DNA from: Octopus sinensis
Lineage: Eukaryota
DNA: 64,000 nt
Direction: 5' to 3'
Assembly (NCBI RefSeq): GCF_006345805.1
Contig: NC_043021.1
Span: 27,218,001-27,282,000 of the forward strand
Position numbers and translations under genes: made by a program. Positions 52,075 to 64,000 of this stretch are shown here, piece after piece (the stretch's first letter is position 1; every line of letters starts with the position of its first letter). The notes beneath the pieces are model-generated. The model ran no database searches. It was given only the letters and a program-made list of their open reading frames with translations, and was not told the origin of the DNA.

Positions 52075-54120
52075 AACCCATCATTAAGGCTTATCTGCCC
52101 TTCTAGCTCTGACATCGGTATCCTTAGTAAAAGTATACTAGATAAATATATTCCTAATTTAATTAAAACGGACTAATTCGTTTGAAGTAGTTGACTGGTT
52201 TAGGTCTATTAACAGTAAGGTGAGTACTAAGTTTATCCAGTTTGATATTTCCAATTTTTAATCATCTATCAATCCAATAGTACTTAGTAAGGCACTTTGG
52301 CTTGCTCATAACAAAGCTGGTCTCAGCCGAGAAGAAATTAATGTTGTGTTGGCAGCCAGAAGATCTATTATTAAATTTGATAAGTTGTGGGTCCGTAAAG
52401 ACACACCAGATAGTTTCGATATACCGATGAGAAGTTCTGATTCAGCACAGATAGCTGATTTGGTCTGTATATATATTCTTTTTGAAATGGCAGAAGAGTT
52501 CCCTAACATTTATGGAGGTCTATATCACGATGATTATTTACTTGACCTCCAAAATGTTTCCAACCAAAAGGTACAAAAAATTAAGAATAGTTTAGTTAAT
52601 TTTTTAGTAGAATGGGCTTAAAAATCGTTTTTGATGACGATATGATGAAGGCCAACTTTTTAGATATTATGCTTAATTTACACAGTGACTCTTACTTCCC
52701 ATATCGTAAACCGTTGACCAATCTTAAGTACATTAGCAAATTTAGTTATCATCCTAGAGCAATTACTAAGAACTTAGTTAAGAATATTTCATTTAGATTA
52801 TCTAAATTATCTGCTAATGCTGATATTTTCAATGATAATGCTGAATTCTATAACTCTGCCTTAATTAAAGCAGGTTATACAGAGAAAATTTTCTACATTG
52901 CTCAGTCTAATTGTAAATTCAATAATATAGATAAGATTTCTAGTCGTAAAAGAATTATTGATAACAAACATAACTTATGCACCGATACAAAGCGAATGAA
53001 GGCAGATAACCCTTATTTAATCCCCTATTATCATTCTAAAAGTAAATATAACACCTTCAAAAATAATTACGCTATGAATACTAGTAAAAGTATTTGGTTA
53101 ATAATTCCTTATGGGAGACAAATTAAATCTAATCTCCCACTGCTGTTTCGTCAAGCTATTGTTAGGAATTTTCCAAAAAATTTTAGGTATTACTCTATTA
53201 TCAATTCACATACGGTTAGGATCGGTTTTTCAAACACAAAAAAATCTCTTACAAATTATCTCTTCACATAATAACAAACTGTTAAATATTAATACATTTA
53301 CTAATACTAACATTAATTTAGCTAATACCATCCAACCCACTAGAAATATTAATAACAAGGTTATTGTATCTGAAGTCAATTCCAGTAGAATTAAGTTTAT
53401 GTCAAGAAACTCTAAGATTAAAAATTCTATATACCAGTGTATAATCAGTACTCGTAATAAAGTATGATTTTACATTGGAAGCACATCGTTAGAGTTATCT
53501 AAAAGAATTTCTATCCATTACTCAACATTTAGGGATAGAAATAAACGGAATAGTACCGGTCTCAGCAAACTGATTTGGGATTTAAAAGACCACAATGAAC
53601 AATTTCATTTAGAATGGTTGATCCTCTCAATTTCGATACCATTTGACAAAGGCAAGGAATTCTGTCTTCTCTGCAATTCTGAGCTATTTTTCATTATTTT
53701 TTCTAAAAATACTCTAGTAAACACGGTTATAGAGCGAGCATACAGATATAAGCATTGGCAAAAACATACATTTAGTGCATATAAGTAGTCTCTATCATTA
53801 TATATAATTTAAACTTTAATTTCCTTTATATTTAACATTCACTATTAATATCCCTACTCTTTCTGTTAGCTACTTAGGACGTTATATCATATAACGTTGT
53901 TTTAAACAATATTAATAGAGTTCTGTCAATCGCTATACAAATCCATCATTTTTGCTAAAATGTCTTATTGACGAGTTTCGTTTTTTTCACTTTCCTGAAG
54001 AGAAGATTGCATTGTTTGTACCATTTATTCTTTTGAATAGTATCAGTGGAATTTTCGAAACATGTGTCGAAAGTAAACATATTTGATTTACACCTGCGTT
54101 AAACTCCATTTATTTATTCA
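52075..54120 (+). mobile_element. Second Penelope-like element (degraded RT, GIY-YIG and a 3' pseudo-LTR with hammerhead)
   Basis: LRLICPSSSDIG..SK.ILDK; SDSAQIADLV; LYHDD; FLDIML; PYRKP; SYHP; IYQC...YIGSTS..KRI.....F; NSTGLSKLIWDLK. Confidence 0.85.
53989..54074 (+). ncRNA. Canonical type I hammerhead ribozyme
   Basis: Stem I ACTTTC/GAAAGT; CTGAAGA (53995-54001); stem II GAAGATT...AATTTTC with a G10.1-C11.1 pair; GAAA (54057-54060); stem III AC-ATGT-GT; GUC triplet with predicted cleavage after 54068. Confidence 0.85.
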
Positions 54121-54157
54121 TATATATATATAAGGCCAACGAGGGTACGGATGCTGC

Positions 54158-54418
54158 TATATATATTATATGTAGAAAAATACAAACTGGGACAAGAACG
54201 TAAAACATTTAGAAGACAATACAAAAAACACGGACGGGACATTCGGAGCCTTCAATCTTCAGTCAAGAACCGGATCATCCTAGCCGAAATTGCTAGGATG
54301 ATCCGGTTCTTGAATGAAGATTGAAGGCTCCGAATGTCCCGTCCGTGTTTTTTGTATTGTCTTCTAAATGTTTTACGTTCTTGTCCCAGTTTGTATTTTT
54401 CTACATATAATATATATA
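54158..54418. repeat. 261-bp palindrome (127-bp arms, 7-nt spacer)
   Basis: 54158-54284 versus 54292-54418, one mismatch noted; both ends lie in (TA)n. Confidence 0.9.
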
Positions 54419-54739
54419 TATATATATATATTTGGTCTTCACTTCAGTCTTATTATTATTATTTTAGTTTCTTTGTCAAAGCCTCTTCACTTTACACACC
54501 CTGTGACCTCTTCAGTAACTCTCAATCCCATGTGTCTCTTGTTGGGTAGTCATGTGTCAGGCATTCAAACAAGGTCGCCTGCCCACTTGACCTGTGCTCT
54601 CTCCTCAGCAGCATGTAAAATGCTTGTCAGATCCATATCTGGAATCTTGTCTTGTCAGATGGTTACTGACACATGGCGGCTTGGAAAAATAGACGTTCAA
54701 ATGATGATGGTAATCTGATATTGTTCTGCTGTTTTACAG

Positions 54740-54900
54740 AAAGTCGTAAACGTAAGAAGAAAAACTGGGAAGAAAACGATTTCTATGACAGTGATGAAGA
54801 CACGTTCCTTGACCGGACGGGGACCATTGAGAAGAAACGTGAACAAAGGATGAAGAAGGCTGGCAAACTGGACGACAAAGCTGAAACATATGACTCTCTG
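54740..54900 (+). CDS. SLC4A1AP: Kanadaptin exon 6
   Basis: SRKRKKKNWEENDFYDSDEDTFLDRTGTIEKKREQRMKKAGK...ETYDSL; TTACAG acceptor, GTAAAT donor; 161 nt. Confidence 0.95.
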
Positions 54901-56114
54901 GTAAATATCTTTTTGAATCTCTCAGAAAAATTTGTTTTCGTATTTAATTTGTTAGGATTTAAATCAGGGATTTCTGGCCAAAATATTCTGCTTTTTTTTT
55001 ATGTTCAAACTGACTGGATCGGACTCACACCTATCCTACAATGTTAGTCTAGAAAATTTATTGTCACATAATCGAAATCTCAAAGCTACGAGAAAATGCA
55101 TTGTTAATTCAAAATAATGTGAATGAATCGAAATGTTACATTTGGATCTCAATGTTCAACAGTTAAAGGTTAAATAGATCAAAAGCAAACTAGTTGTTAA
55201 CTGAATCATCATTATCATCATCATCATCTTGCCCCCCCCCACCAGCATTACCCTTTTGTCATCATCTTCCTCATCATCACCATTATCTACTTCACTACCA
55301 CCACTACCACTGCCACCATCTAGATCATAATCATCATCACCATCATCTCCATCATCATTTGACACGCTTCTGTATTTGCAAAGGTTGCCTAGTTTGACAG
55401 ATTCTAATAAGCCAGAGGACTGGATCATGCACTTATTATTACTTTGGCATTATTTCCACAGCTCCATGCTCTTCCTGACACCAACCACTTTACAGAGTGT
55501 ATTGGGTGTTCTTTTTTTGTTGTATCACTTGCACTAGAGATAATTCTCCCACAACTTGCAAAAGCTAAGGACGGGCTTACAGTGGCTCTTTGGGAGAATG
55601 GAACAATGTGCAATGGTTCTTGGCAGAAGGAAGAGGGACGTAGTAACAGGAAATGATGTACAAGTATAACAAAGAAGAGGGAAGAGATCAATGAGAAAAA
55701 GAGGGATAGATTTGAAAAGGGGATTGGGAAGATAGGGGTCTACGGTTATCTAACATTATAAGGGGTCACTTTGAGTAGAAGGTATGAGGAACAGGTGAGA
55801 ATGAAGATAAAATATATTTATTATCTTTTATTTTTTTACATACACATATATCTTTACAAACATTTATATATATGTATATATACACGCGTATATATTCTTT
55901 CTTTTCTTTTTTTTCTTTTACTTGTTTCAGTCATTTGACTGCGGCCATGCTGGAGCACCGCCTTTAGTCGAGCAAAGCGACCCCAGGACTTATTCTTTGT
56001 AAGCCCAGTACTTATTCTATCGGTCTCTTTTTGCCGAACCGCTAAGTGACGGGGACGTAAACACACCAGCATCGGTTGTCAAGCAATGCTAGTGGGACAA
56101 ACACAGACACACAA

Positions 56115-56157
<43 letters not shown>

Positions 56158-56371
56158 ATTATATATATATATATATATATACGACAGGCTTCTTTCAGTT
56201 TCCGTCTACCAAATCCACTCACAAGGCTTTGGTTGGCCCGAGGCTATAGTAGAAGACACTTGCCCAAGATGCCACGCAGTGGGACTGAACCCGGAACCAT
56301 GTGGTTGGTTAGCAAGCTACTTACCACACAGCCACTCCTGTACCTATATATATATATATATATATATTATA

Positions 56372-58105
56372 TCATCATCATCATCGTTTAATGTCCCTTT
56401 TCCATGCTAGCATGGGTTGGATGGTTTGACCGGGGTCTGGGAAGCCAGGAGGCTGCACCAGGCTCCAGCCTGAATTGGCAATGTTTCTACAGCTGGATGC
56501 CCTTCCTAATGCCAACCACTCCGAGAATGTAGTGGGTGCTTTTTACGTGCCACTGGCACAGGGGCCAGAGGAGGCTGGCAAATGGCCACGATTGGTTGGT
56601 GCTTTTATGTGTTACCAACACGGACGCCAGTCAGGCGGCGCTGGCATCTGCCATGTTCGGACGGTGCTTTTAACATGTCACCGGCACGGGTATCTTAACT
56701 ACAATTTCCATTTGATTTTCATTTTGATGTTGGTGTTAATTTACTTGACTCAATAGGTCTCCTCAAGAACAGAGGGTCACTCTACGATCCAAGGTTAGCA
56801 CAGTAGGCCATCCTGCGAGCCATGAATTCACTTCATTTGTCGGGTCTTCAAAGTCACAGCATATCTCCAGAAGTCTCGGTCTTTTGTCATAGCCTCTGTG
56901 AAGCTCAATGTTCGAAGGTCATGCTTGACCACCTCGTCCCATGTCTTCCTAGATCTACCTCTACCCCGGATTCCTTCAACTGTTTGGGAGTGGCACTTCT
57001 TCACATATCTCTCCTCATTCATCCGCAGTACATGACCATACCAACGCAGTCGTCTCCTGCACGCTGCATCTGATGCTTCTTATGCCCAACATTACTCTCA
57101 GGGCACTTACACTCTGTTGTGCATGGACACTGACATTACACATCCAGCGGATCATGCTAGCTTCATTTCTTTTGAGCCTATGCATGTCCTCTGCAGTCAT
57201 GGCCCATGTTTGACTGCCGTGAAGCATGGCAGTTCGCACACATGCGTCGTACAATCTACCTTTCACTCTGAGCAAGAGACCCTTTGTTGCCAGTAGGGGA
57301 AGAAGCTTCCTAAACTTTGCCCAGGCTATTCTTATTCTAGTGGTAACACTCTCTGAGCATCCACCCCGGCTACTAACTTGGTCACCTAGGTAGCAGAAAC
57401 TATCAACTACTAGTTTCTCCCCCAGGAGTGTAATGGAATCTGTTTTCTGAGTATCAATGGTGTCTATTGCCCCTGTGCATCAACCGCACATAAAAGCTAT
57501 CTTCCCGGTTAATTTTTCTTTGATGTTGCTGCACCTCTTATGTGTCCATAGCTTACACTGGGTACATCTTATGGAGTTCCTACCTACACCTTTTCTACAG
57601 ATCGAGCAGGGCCAACTACCTGAAGGGGTGTGTGGTGAGTTTGCCTTCCAGCTTACTATAACTTTGGTCTTTGCTACATTGACTCTAAGGCCTTTTGATT
57701 CTAAACCTAGCTTCCACACACGAAATTTCTTCTCTAGTTCTGGTAGTGATTCTGCTACGAGGGCTAGGTCATCAGCATAGAGGAACTCCCAGGGGCAACC
57801 CGTCTTCAATTTCTCTGTTATTGCCTGGAGGACTATGATGAATAGAAGGGGATTGAGACCTGAGCCTTGGTGGACGCCAACTTCTACCTGGAATTCTTCA
57901 CTGTATTCGTTGCCAATCCTAACTACAAGGGAGCTGTCTATATGGATAGCTGGTCCTTCTACTGGGTCAACATTTGGCAGGCTCTCCTCCTCCCATTCAT
58001 TCTCCACATTCAGCAGTCTTTCATAGTGGCTTCTCCAAGCCTCTTTCTTTTCAGAATCACAAAAAGCAAGTGCACCATCATCCATTCGAACACATTTCTC
58101 TCCTG
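56372..58105 (-). mobile_element. RTE LINE fragment with an internal deletion in the RT domain
   Basis: Same family as 26782-29985; reads ...PVEGPAIHIDSSLV directly into VRIGNEYSEEF...; YADD present. Confidence 0.85.
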
Positions 58106-59811
58106 TGACATCACAATTTTATATATATGTAAATACATAACATTTACAAGACTGCAAATAGCATGGGAAGATAAAATTTTGCAGAGAATCGAATGCTGCT
58201 GCAAGCCCCAGCCACTGTAGGGAGAAAGAATGATCGAGAAATTGGGAGGGATTTGGGACATCTCTGTTGACTTTAATAGTTAATATCATTTGCCCCTTTT
58301 TGCCATCAAAAGACCCAAGCTTGTTATGTAGTGTAAGGAAAAGAAGGAAGTAAAGATGTTAACGGTTCCCTGAGAAGAAAACATTGAAGATACTTTCCTC
58401 AGGAAAGACAGAAAATGGAGTGGATTGATTGGAATGTGTGTAAAGAATGGATGTGAGATGGGTCTTCTAGGATTTGTTGGAACTAGGGTGAACTCAGTGT
58501 TCTGATGTCGTCTTAGACTGTCTGTGAAAGAGACAGCTGTTGCAAGAAACTTGTTGGAAGCTGCTGAGAAAGAAGCCATTATATCTGGCTCAAGAGAGAG
58601 GATGGAGTGATGCAGCAAGAATGAGCAAATGAGCATGGTAGAAACATCTGGCCAAGAGTAGCAACTTCTGAATCATGCATTTTCGCACCAAAATTGGTGG
58701 GTGGCGGTGGGCAGTTCTGGTGTCACATTAGAAGGGGCTGAAATATTTACAGAACTACTTCACCACATGATAAGACATTGTCTCCTGCATTTGGAGATGG
58801 AGTATAGCAGCATCTTTAGCACCCAATTGTTTACCCTGAATCCTGTTCTGTACATTGGTCTATCCTTGCACGGGTCCAGTAATACATCTGTTTTGCCTAT
58901 GAAGAGAAGTTACTAGTTATTTGCTCAATCTGTTCTCGTGTCTATAGAAAGGGTCACTGTGATAAATCTCCTGACACCATGACATAACTGATTACACAAG
59001 AGTGAGAGAGAGATGGAGAGAGAGAAGAGAGAGATGGGGAAGAGAATGGGAAAGAGAATGAGTGAGAGAAAGAGAGAGGAGGAGAGAATAATTGATGCCA
59101 GTACACAATTTCGGAGGAGGGAGTAAGTCAATCACACCATCCCCAGGGAACAACTGGTATTTATTTTATTGACCCCAAAAGAATGAAAGGTAAAGTCGAC
59201 TTTGGTGACACTTTACTTATTGACACCAGTAAAATGAAAGTTAAAGTTTATAATGGAAAGATTTTTAATTTAGAATGTTCTCTAATAACAGCATTATTTT
59301 TGATATCATTATCAGAATCATCTCCATTCTTTTTCACACCCATACTCCATGATGGTATGTGTTGGTGGGTGCTTGTAAGTGAATTTCCTTGGTTCAAATT
59401 GTACAGAAGCTTATCATGTCCCCCCCCCCATATATATGTACAGTTTATAGATCCAGAATAGATAGAATCTCCGAAATAAGTACTCGGTCCAATGAGAGGT
59501 AGATACCAATTTAATGTATGACTGAAAGATCTACTAATATGCCTCGTTAAAGCATCGTTAAAACACGAAGCTGTGAGTAGCTCTTTCAGTTGTGCATTAA
59601 ATTGCCACACACATGCATGCATGTACACGCACACACACACACATACACACACACACATATGGTGTGGCTGTGTGGTAAGAGGCTTGCTTCCCAACCACAT
59701 GGTTCTGGGTTCAGTCCCATTGTATGGCACCTTGGGCAAGTGTCTTCTGCTGTAGCTTCAAGCCAACTAAAACCTTGTGAGTGGATTTGGTAGAAGGAAA
59801 CTGAAAGAAGC

Positions 59812-59842
<31 letters not shown>

Positions 59843-60170
59843 TGCATATGTTTGTGTTACTGTGTTTGTCCTCCCATCATCACTTGACAACCGATGTTGG
59901 TGTGCTTGTATCCCCTTAACTTAGTGGTTCATCAAAAAGAGACCGATAGAGTAAGTATGAGGCTTACAAAGAATAAGTCCTGGGGTCGATTTTCTCGACT
60001 AAAGGCAGTGCTCCAGCATGGCCACAGCCAAATGACTGAAACAAGTAAAAGAATAAAAGAATAACACGAAAGACTGTGTTTATAAATTTCTGTTTTTCCT
60101 TTTAGGATTCTATGTGTTGTTTGTATGTTTGTATGTTTATTGATACAGTTTCTTTTCTGAACAATTTCAG

Positions 60171-60240
60171 TCAGAAAAACATAGAGAAATCTTACAAGAA
60201 ATGCAAGAAATTGAAGAAAAATTAGAGAAAGCAAGAGCTG
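60171..60240 (+). CDS. SLC4A1AP: Kanadaptin exon 7
   Basis: TTTCAG acceptor; SEKHREILQEMQEIEEKLEKARA (coiled coil); GTAATA donor; 70 nt, phases fit. Confidence 0.82.
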
Positions 60241-60691
60241 GTAATATAACCCTTCTTTTGCAGAATGAGAAGGGGCCTAACTTTATGGGGTTTGTTGGGG
60301 TCATTTTATATTTTCATTGAATCAGTCCTGGTATATTTATTGTTGTAGAGGTTATTGTTGTTTAACCCCTAAACCAATCCTGATCGAGTAAGATATAGAT
60401 TGAAGCCATTCCAGCTGTGACCATCCTGTCTTTTACTCAGTGGTTTTAGGATTAAGTACTTTATGTGTTCTTGTTGTTTTGAACTAGTCAAGTTGTGATT
60501 GGAGGGAGAATTAACTGCATTTTCTGGCAGGTTGAGTGACCTTGTAGCAGCTCTTGTTAATGTGGTTTACATGGATGTGGTATTGAAGTACATGGTAATA
60601 GGTCATGAGTTCAAATCCACACATATACACACAAATAGATGCACATGCACACAGATACACTACATACACAACACACTCACACTATATACAC

Positions 60692-60722
<31 letters not shown>

Positions 60723-60766
60723 CACACATAATAGCAGATATTTTAAAGGTAACCACTTCATAATGT

Positions 60767-61086
60767 GTGGAGGCGCAATGGTCCAGTGGTGAGGGAAGCG
60801 GACTCATGGTCAGAGGATTGTGGTTTCGATTCCCAGACTGGGCGTTGTGAGTGTTTATTGAGCGAAAACACCTAAAGCTTCACGAGGCTCCGGCAGGGGG
60901 TGGTGGCGACCCCTGTTGTACTCTTTCACCCCAACTTTCTCTCACTCTTTCTTCCTGTTCCTTGAGTAACACTGCGATGGACTGGTATTCTGTCCAGCTG
61001 GGGGGAACACATACGCCATAGAAACCGGGAAACCGGGCCCATGAGCCTGGCTAGGCTTGAAAAGGGCACATAAATAAATAAATAAA
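60767..61086 (+). mobile_element. Full-length tRNA-derived SINE (V-domain-like core) with 12-bp TSD
   Basis: A/B-box-like head (TGGTCCAGTGG ... GGTTTCGATTCCC), central GCGATGGACTGG..TGTCCAG, (TAAA)n tail; TSD ACTTCATAATGT at 60755-60766 and 61087-61098. Confidence 0.85.
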
Positions 61087-61264
61087 ACTTCATAATGTAC
61101 CTCCAGTCTCTCGCTGTCTCACACTAGAAACAAAGGCGGTGCTCCTGCATGGTCGCACTCCGATGACTAAGAAGTAAAATAAAGCAATTTAAGGTTTCCT
61201 ATAAAGTCTAAATACTATTGTTGATGTTGTTGCTGATGTTGTTCTTGTTCTGCTATTTGATCAG

Positions 61265-61454
61265 ATGCGGAAGCAGCAGAAAGCAACGACGACTTGGATG
61301 CTCTCGATGCCTACATGAACTCAATCAAATCAGGAATGATGGATACAAAAACCCGGCTAAAGCTGAAGCGCCGTTTGTTGGAACTGCGACCTCAGGAACA
61401 GCGACTTCGGAAGCTGATGAATATCGCGAAACCCGTCTCTTTTGAATATCTCAA
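61265..61454 (+). CDS. SLC4A1AP: Kanadaptin exon 8
   Basis: DALDAYMNSIKSG...RLLELRPQEQRLRKLMNIAKP (cf. recalled human SLDAFMSEMKSG...ELRKEQQRLKGLIKIVKP); GTAAGA donor; 190 nt. Confidence 0.9.
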
Positions 61455-62243
61455 GTAAGAGATCCTGATCTTAGGGGACTTTATTCTGTTTTATTTGGTC
61501 GTGACACGGAAAAGGCACTGTGCTGGTGACACCTAAAAGGCACCCCTCATTCAGGTGGTCAGGTGAAACCAGGGCACTGGATTAACCTTGCCTTCTAGCC
61601 ATCTGTGGGTATCACAGATTTTTGTTGGTTATATCTGCTCCAGTACTTTGCCTGGTGACTTGGTTCATGAACCCCTTTTAATACCAATCCACCTGAGGCC
61701 ACCGCTGGTTCTATGACACAAACTTACTCTTTTTAAAGGGGTCTAAATTATAATCTTCCATAAAAATTTTATGCTAATTTGTTCCACACCCCAACTTAAT
61801 AATGATAAAGTTATTTTAATTAACTCTTCATTATTTTAAGAAGTAATTGAAACAATGGCACAGTTGTGACTGTGTGATGAGAAGCTTGCTTCCCAACCAC
61901 ATGGTTCTGGGTTCAGTCCAAGTGTGTGGCACCCCTGGGAAATGTCTTCTACAACTTTGGAGCTACTAAAGCCTTGTGAACGAATTTGGAAGACAAAAAC
62001 TGAAAGAAGCCTGTCGTGTGTGTGTGTGTGTGTCTAAGGATGTCCTCCTCCACCGCTTGGCAACTGGTGTTGTTGTGTTTACATCATCATAACTTAGTGG
62101 TTCTGCAAAAGAGACCAGGTTTCAAAAAAACACAAAATAAGTGCTGGGGTCAATTCATATGACTTAAAACTTCTTCAAGGCGTTGGCCCCAGCATGACCG
62201 CAGTCTAATGACTGAAACAAGTAAAAGATAAAAAGATGAAAGA

Positions 62244-62283
<40 letters not shown>

Positions 62284-63331
62284 CGTGCCGGTGGCACATA
62301 AAAAGCACCATCCGATCGTGGCCATTGCCAGCCTTGCCTGGCCCCCGTGCCGGTGGCACGTAAAAAGCACCACCTGACCGTGTCCGTTGCCAGCGCCGCC
62401 CCGACTGGCCTCCGTGCCGGTGGCACGTAAAAAGCACCATCCGATCGTGGCCATTGCCAGCCTTGCCTGGCCCCCATCATCATCATCATTTAACGTCTGC
62501 TTTCCATGTTGTCATGGGTTAGACAGTTTGACAGGAGCTGGTTGCTGAGGAGGCTGAACCAAGTTCCAGTGTCTGTTTTGGCATTCTTTTTATGGCTGGT
62601 TGCCCTTCCTAATGCCAACCACCTAGTAGACTGTTGAAGATGAATGACACTGCTTGGGTTCCTCTCAGTTTCCATCTACAAAATCTACTCGCTAGGAGTT
62701 GGTCAGCCCAGGGCTATCCTAGAACGCACTAGGTTGAGGTGTGATGCAATGAGACTGCAGCCATGGTTGGGAAGCCAACTTCTTAATCATCCATCTGCAC
62801 CTATCGAGAGATGGATCTCCTCTCTGCTCATTACATGATCTTACGTTAAGAAAGAGCATCTCTTTTACTCTTTTATTTGTTTCAGTCATTTGACTGTGGC
62901 CATGCTGGAGCACCGCCTTTAGTCAAGCAAATCGACCCCAGGACTTATTCTTTGTAAGCCTAGAACTTATTCTATCGGTCTCTTATGGTTTCTCTTTTGC
63001 CGAACTGCTAAGTTACAGGGACGTAAACACACCAGCATCAGTTGTCAAGCGATGTTGGGGAGACAAACACAGACACACAAACATATACACACACGTACAT
63101 ATATACATATATATACATATATACGACGGGCTTCTTTCAGTTTCCGTCTACCAAATCCACTCACAAGGCTTTGGTCGGCCTGAAGCTATAGTAGAAGACC
63201 ATTGCTCAAGGTGCCACACAGTGGGACTGAACCTGGAACCATGTGGTTGGTAAGCAAGTTTCTTACCACACAGCCACTCCTATGCCTACATTAAACATTG
63301 ATGTGCAAAACTGTCCATTTTTCTATTTCAG

Positions 63332-63461
63332 ACCAAAGACGGAAGCTGGAACGGTGAAGGTTGCTAGTTCTGAAAATAAGAAACCTAAAATTACTTTACC
63401 GATGTTTGGTAAAATGAAAGGTCTTCATGTACCGAAGATTCCCAAAGTGTTTACTGTGGAT
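63332..63461 (+). CDS. SLC4A1AP: Kanadaptin exon 9; gene continues beyond the right edge
   Basis: TTTCAG acceptor; KKPKITLPMFGKMKG (cf. recalled human KKLTLPLFGAMKG); GTGAGT donor; 130 nt. Confidence 0.87.
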
Positions 63462-64000
63462 GTGAGTATTCAATGTTAGATTTTTTAACCATGTTTCTAT
63501 CATTTATCTTTTTATCTGGTTGAATTTTTTTAGTCAAACAAATCGACCCCAATACTTCTCTTTTTTAAGCCTGGTACTTATTCTGTTGGTCTCTTCTTCT
63601 GAACTGCTAAGTTATGGGGTTGTAAACACACCAACACTGGTTGTCAAGCAGGGATGGGAGACAAACACACACACACTTATGACAGGCTTCCTTCACTTTC
63701 CATCTACCAAATCCACTCACCTGCCTTTGGTTGGACTGAGGCTATAGTAGAAGACACTTGCCCAAGGTGCTGCACAGTGGGACTGAACCCAGAACCATGT
63801 GGTTGGGAAGCAAGCTTCTTACCACACAACCATGCTTGTATATTTCTTTAAAATTTGACAGTTACTACTGATGATGAGGTGTGAAGGATGGGCCTTAACG
63901 ATACGAACTGGGTAGATTATGACTGGGAGCAGAGGGACCCAGGATTGTGGGTGGAAGGATGTAGCACAAGTGTATGTGTATATATTTCTTTTATTTTGAC

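Noticed and set aside
53965-53985. Minus-strand CGAAACTCGTC resembling a hammerhead stem III half
   Set aside because: No matching CTGANGA core at a suitable distance.
54240-54270. Hammerhead-like CTGAAGA...GAAT on the minus strand of the 127-bp palindrome
   Set aside because: No stem II pairing and no GAAA; insufficient support.

Overview
AT-rich, repeat-dense metazoan genomic DNA. The (TA)n/(TGTA)n microsatellites, RTE LINE 3' ends and tRNA-derived SINEs point to an octopus or other cephalopod (inference). Three host genes are supported. (1) RFT1 exons 1-2 on the minus strand, which the ORF track misses. (2) An intronless, full-length nephrocystin-1 (NPHP1) gene on the minus strand, split by a single +1 frameshift. 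(3) Kanadaptin (SLC4A1AP) on the plus strand, head-to-head with NPHP1, with nine phase-consistent exons; it runs off the window end. The rest is transposon debris: a degraded Ty3/gypsy element, a hAT transposase pseudogene with two nested MITEs, Helitron pieces, RTE and CR1-like LINEs, two Penelope-like elements (PLEs), mariner remnants and SINEs. The most notable observations follow. A family of PLE-type hammerhead ribozyme motifs includes one fully canonical copy in the sense strand of a kanadaptin intron and a mirror-image pair inside a 571-bp palindrome. A 161-bp terminal-inverted-repeat element carries a 261-bp cargo of about 68% GC and unknown origin. A 3.9-kb palindrome has arms that begin and end at Helitron termini. 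A 37-bp copy of kanadaptin exon 1 sits in its own intron 1. Frequent single-base indels suggest an error-prone long-read consensus, so frameshifts and fold-backs need read-level confirmation.
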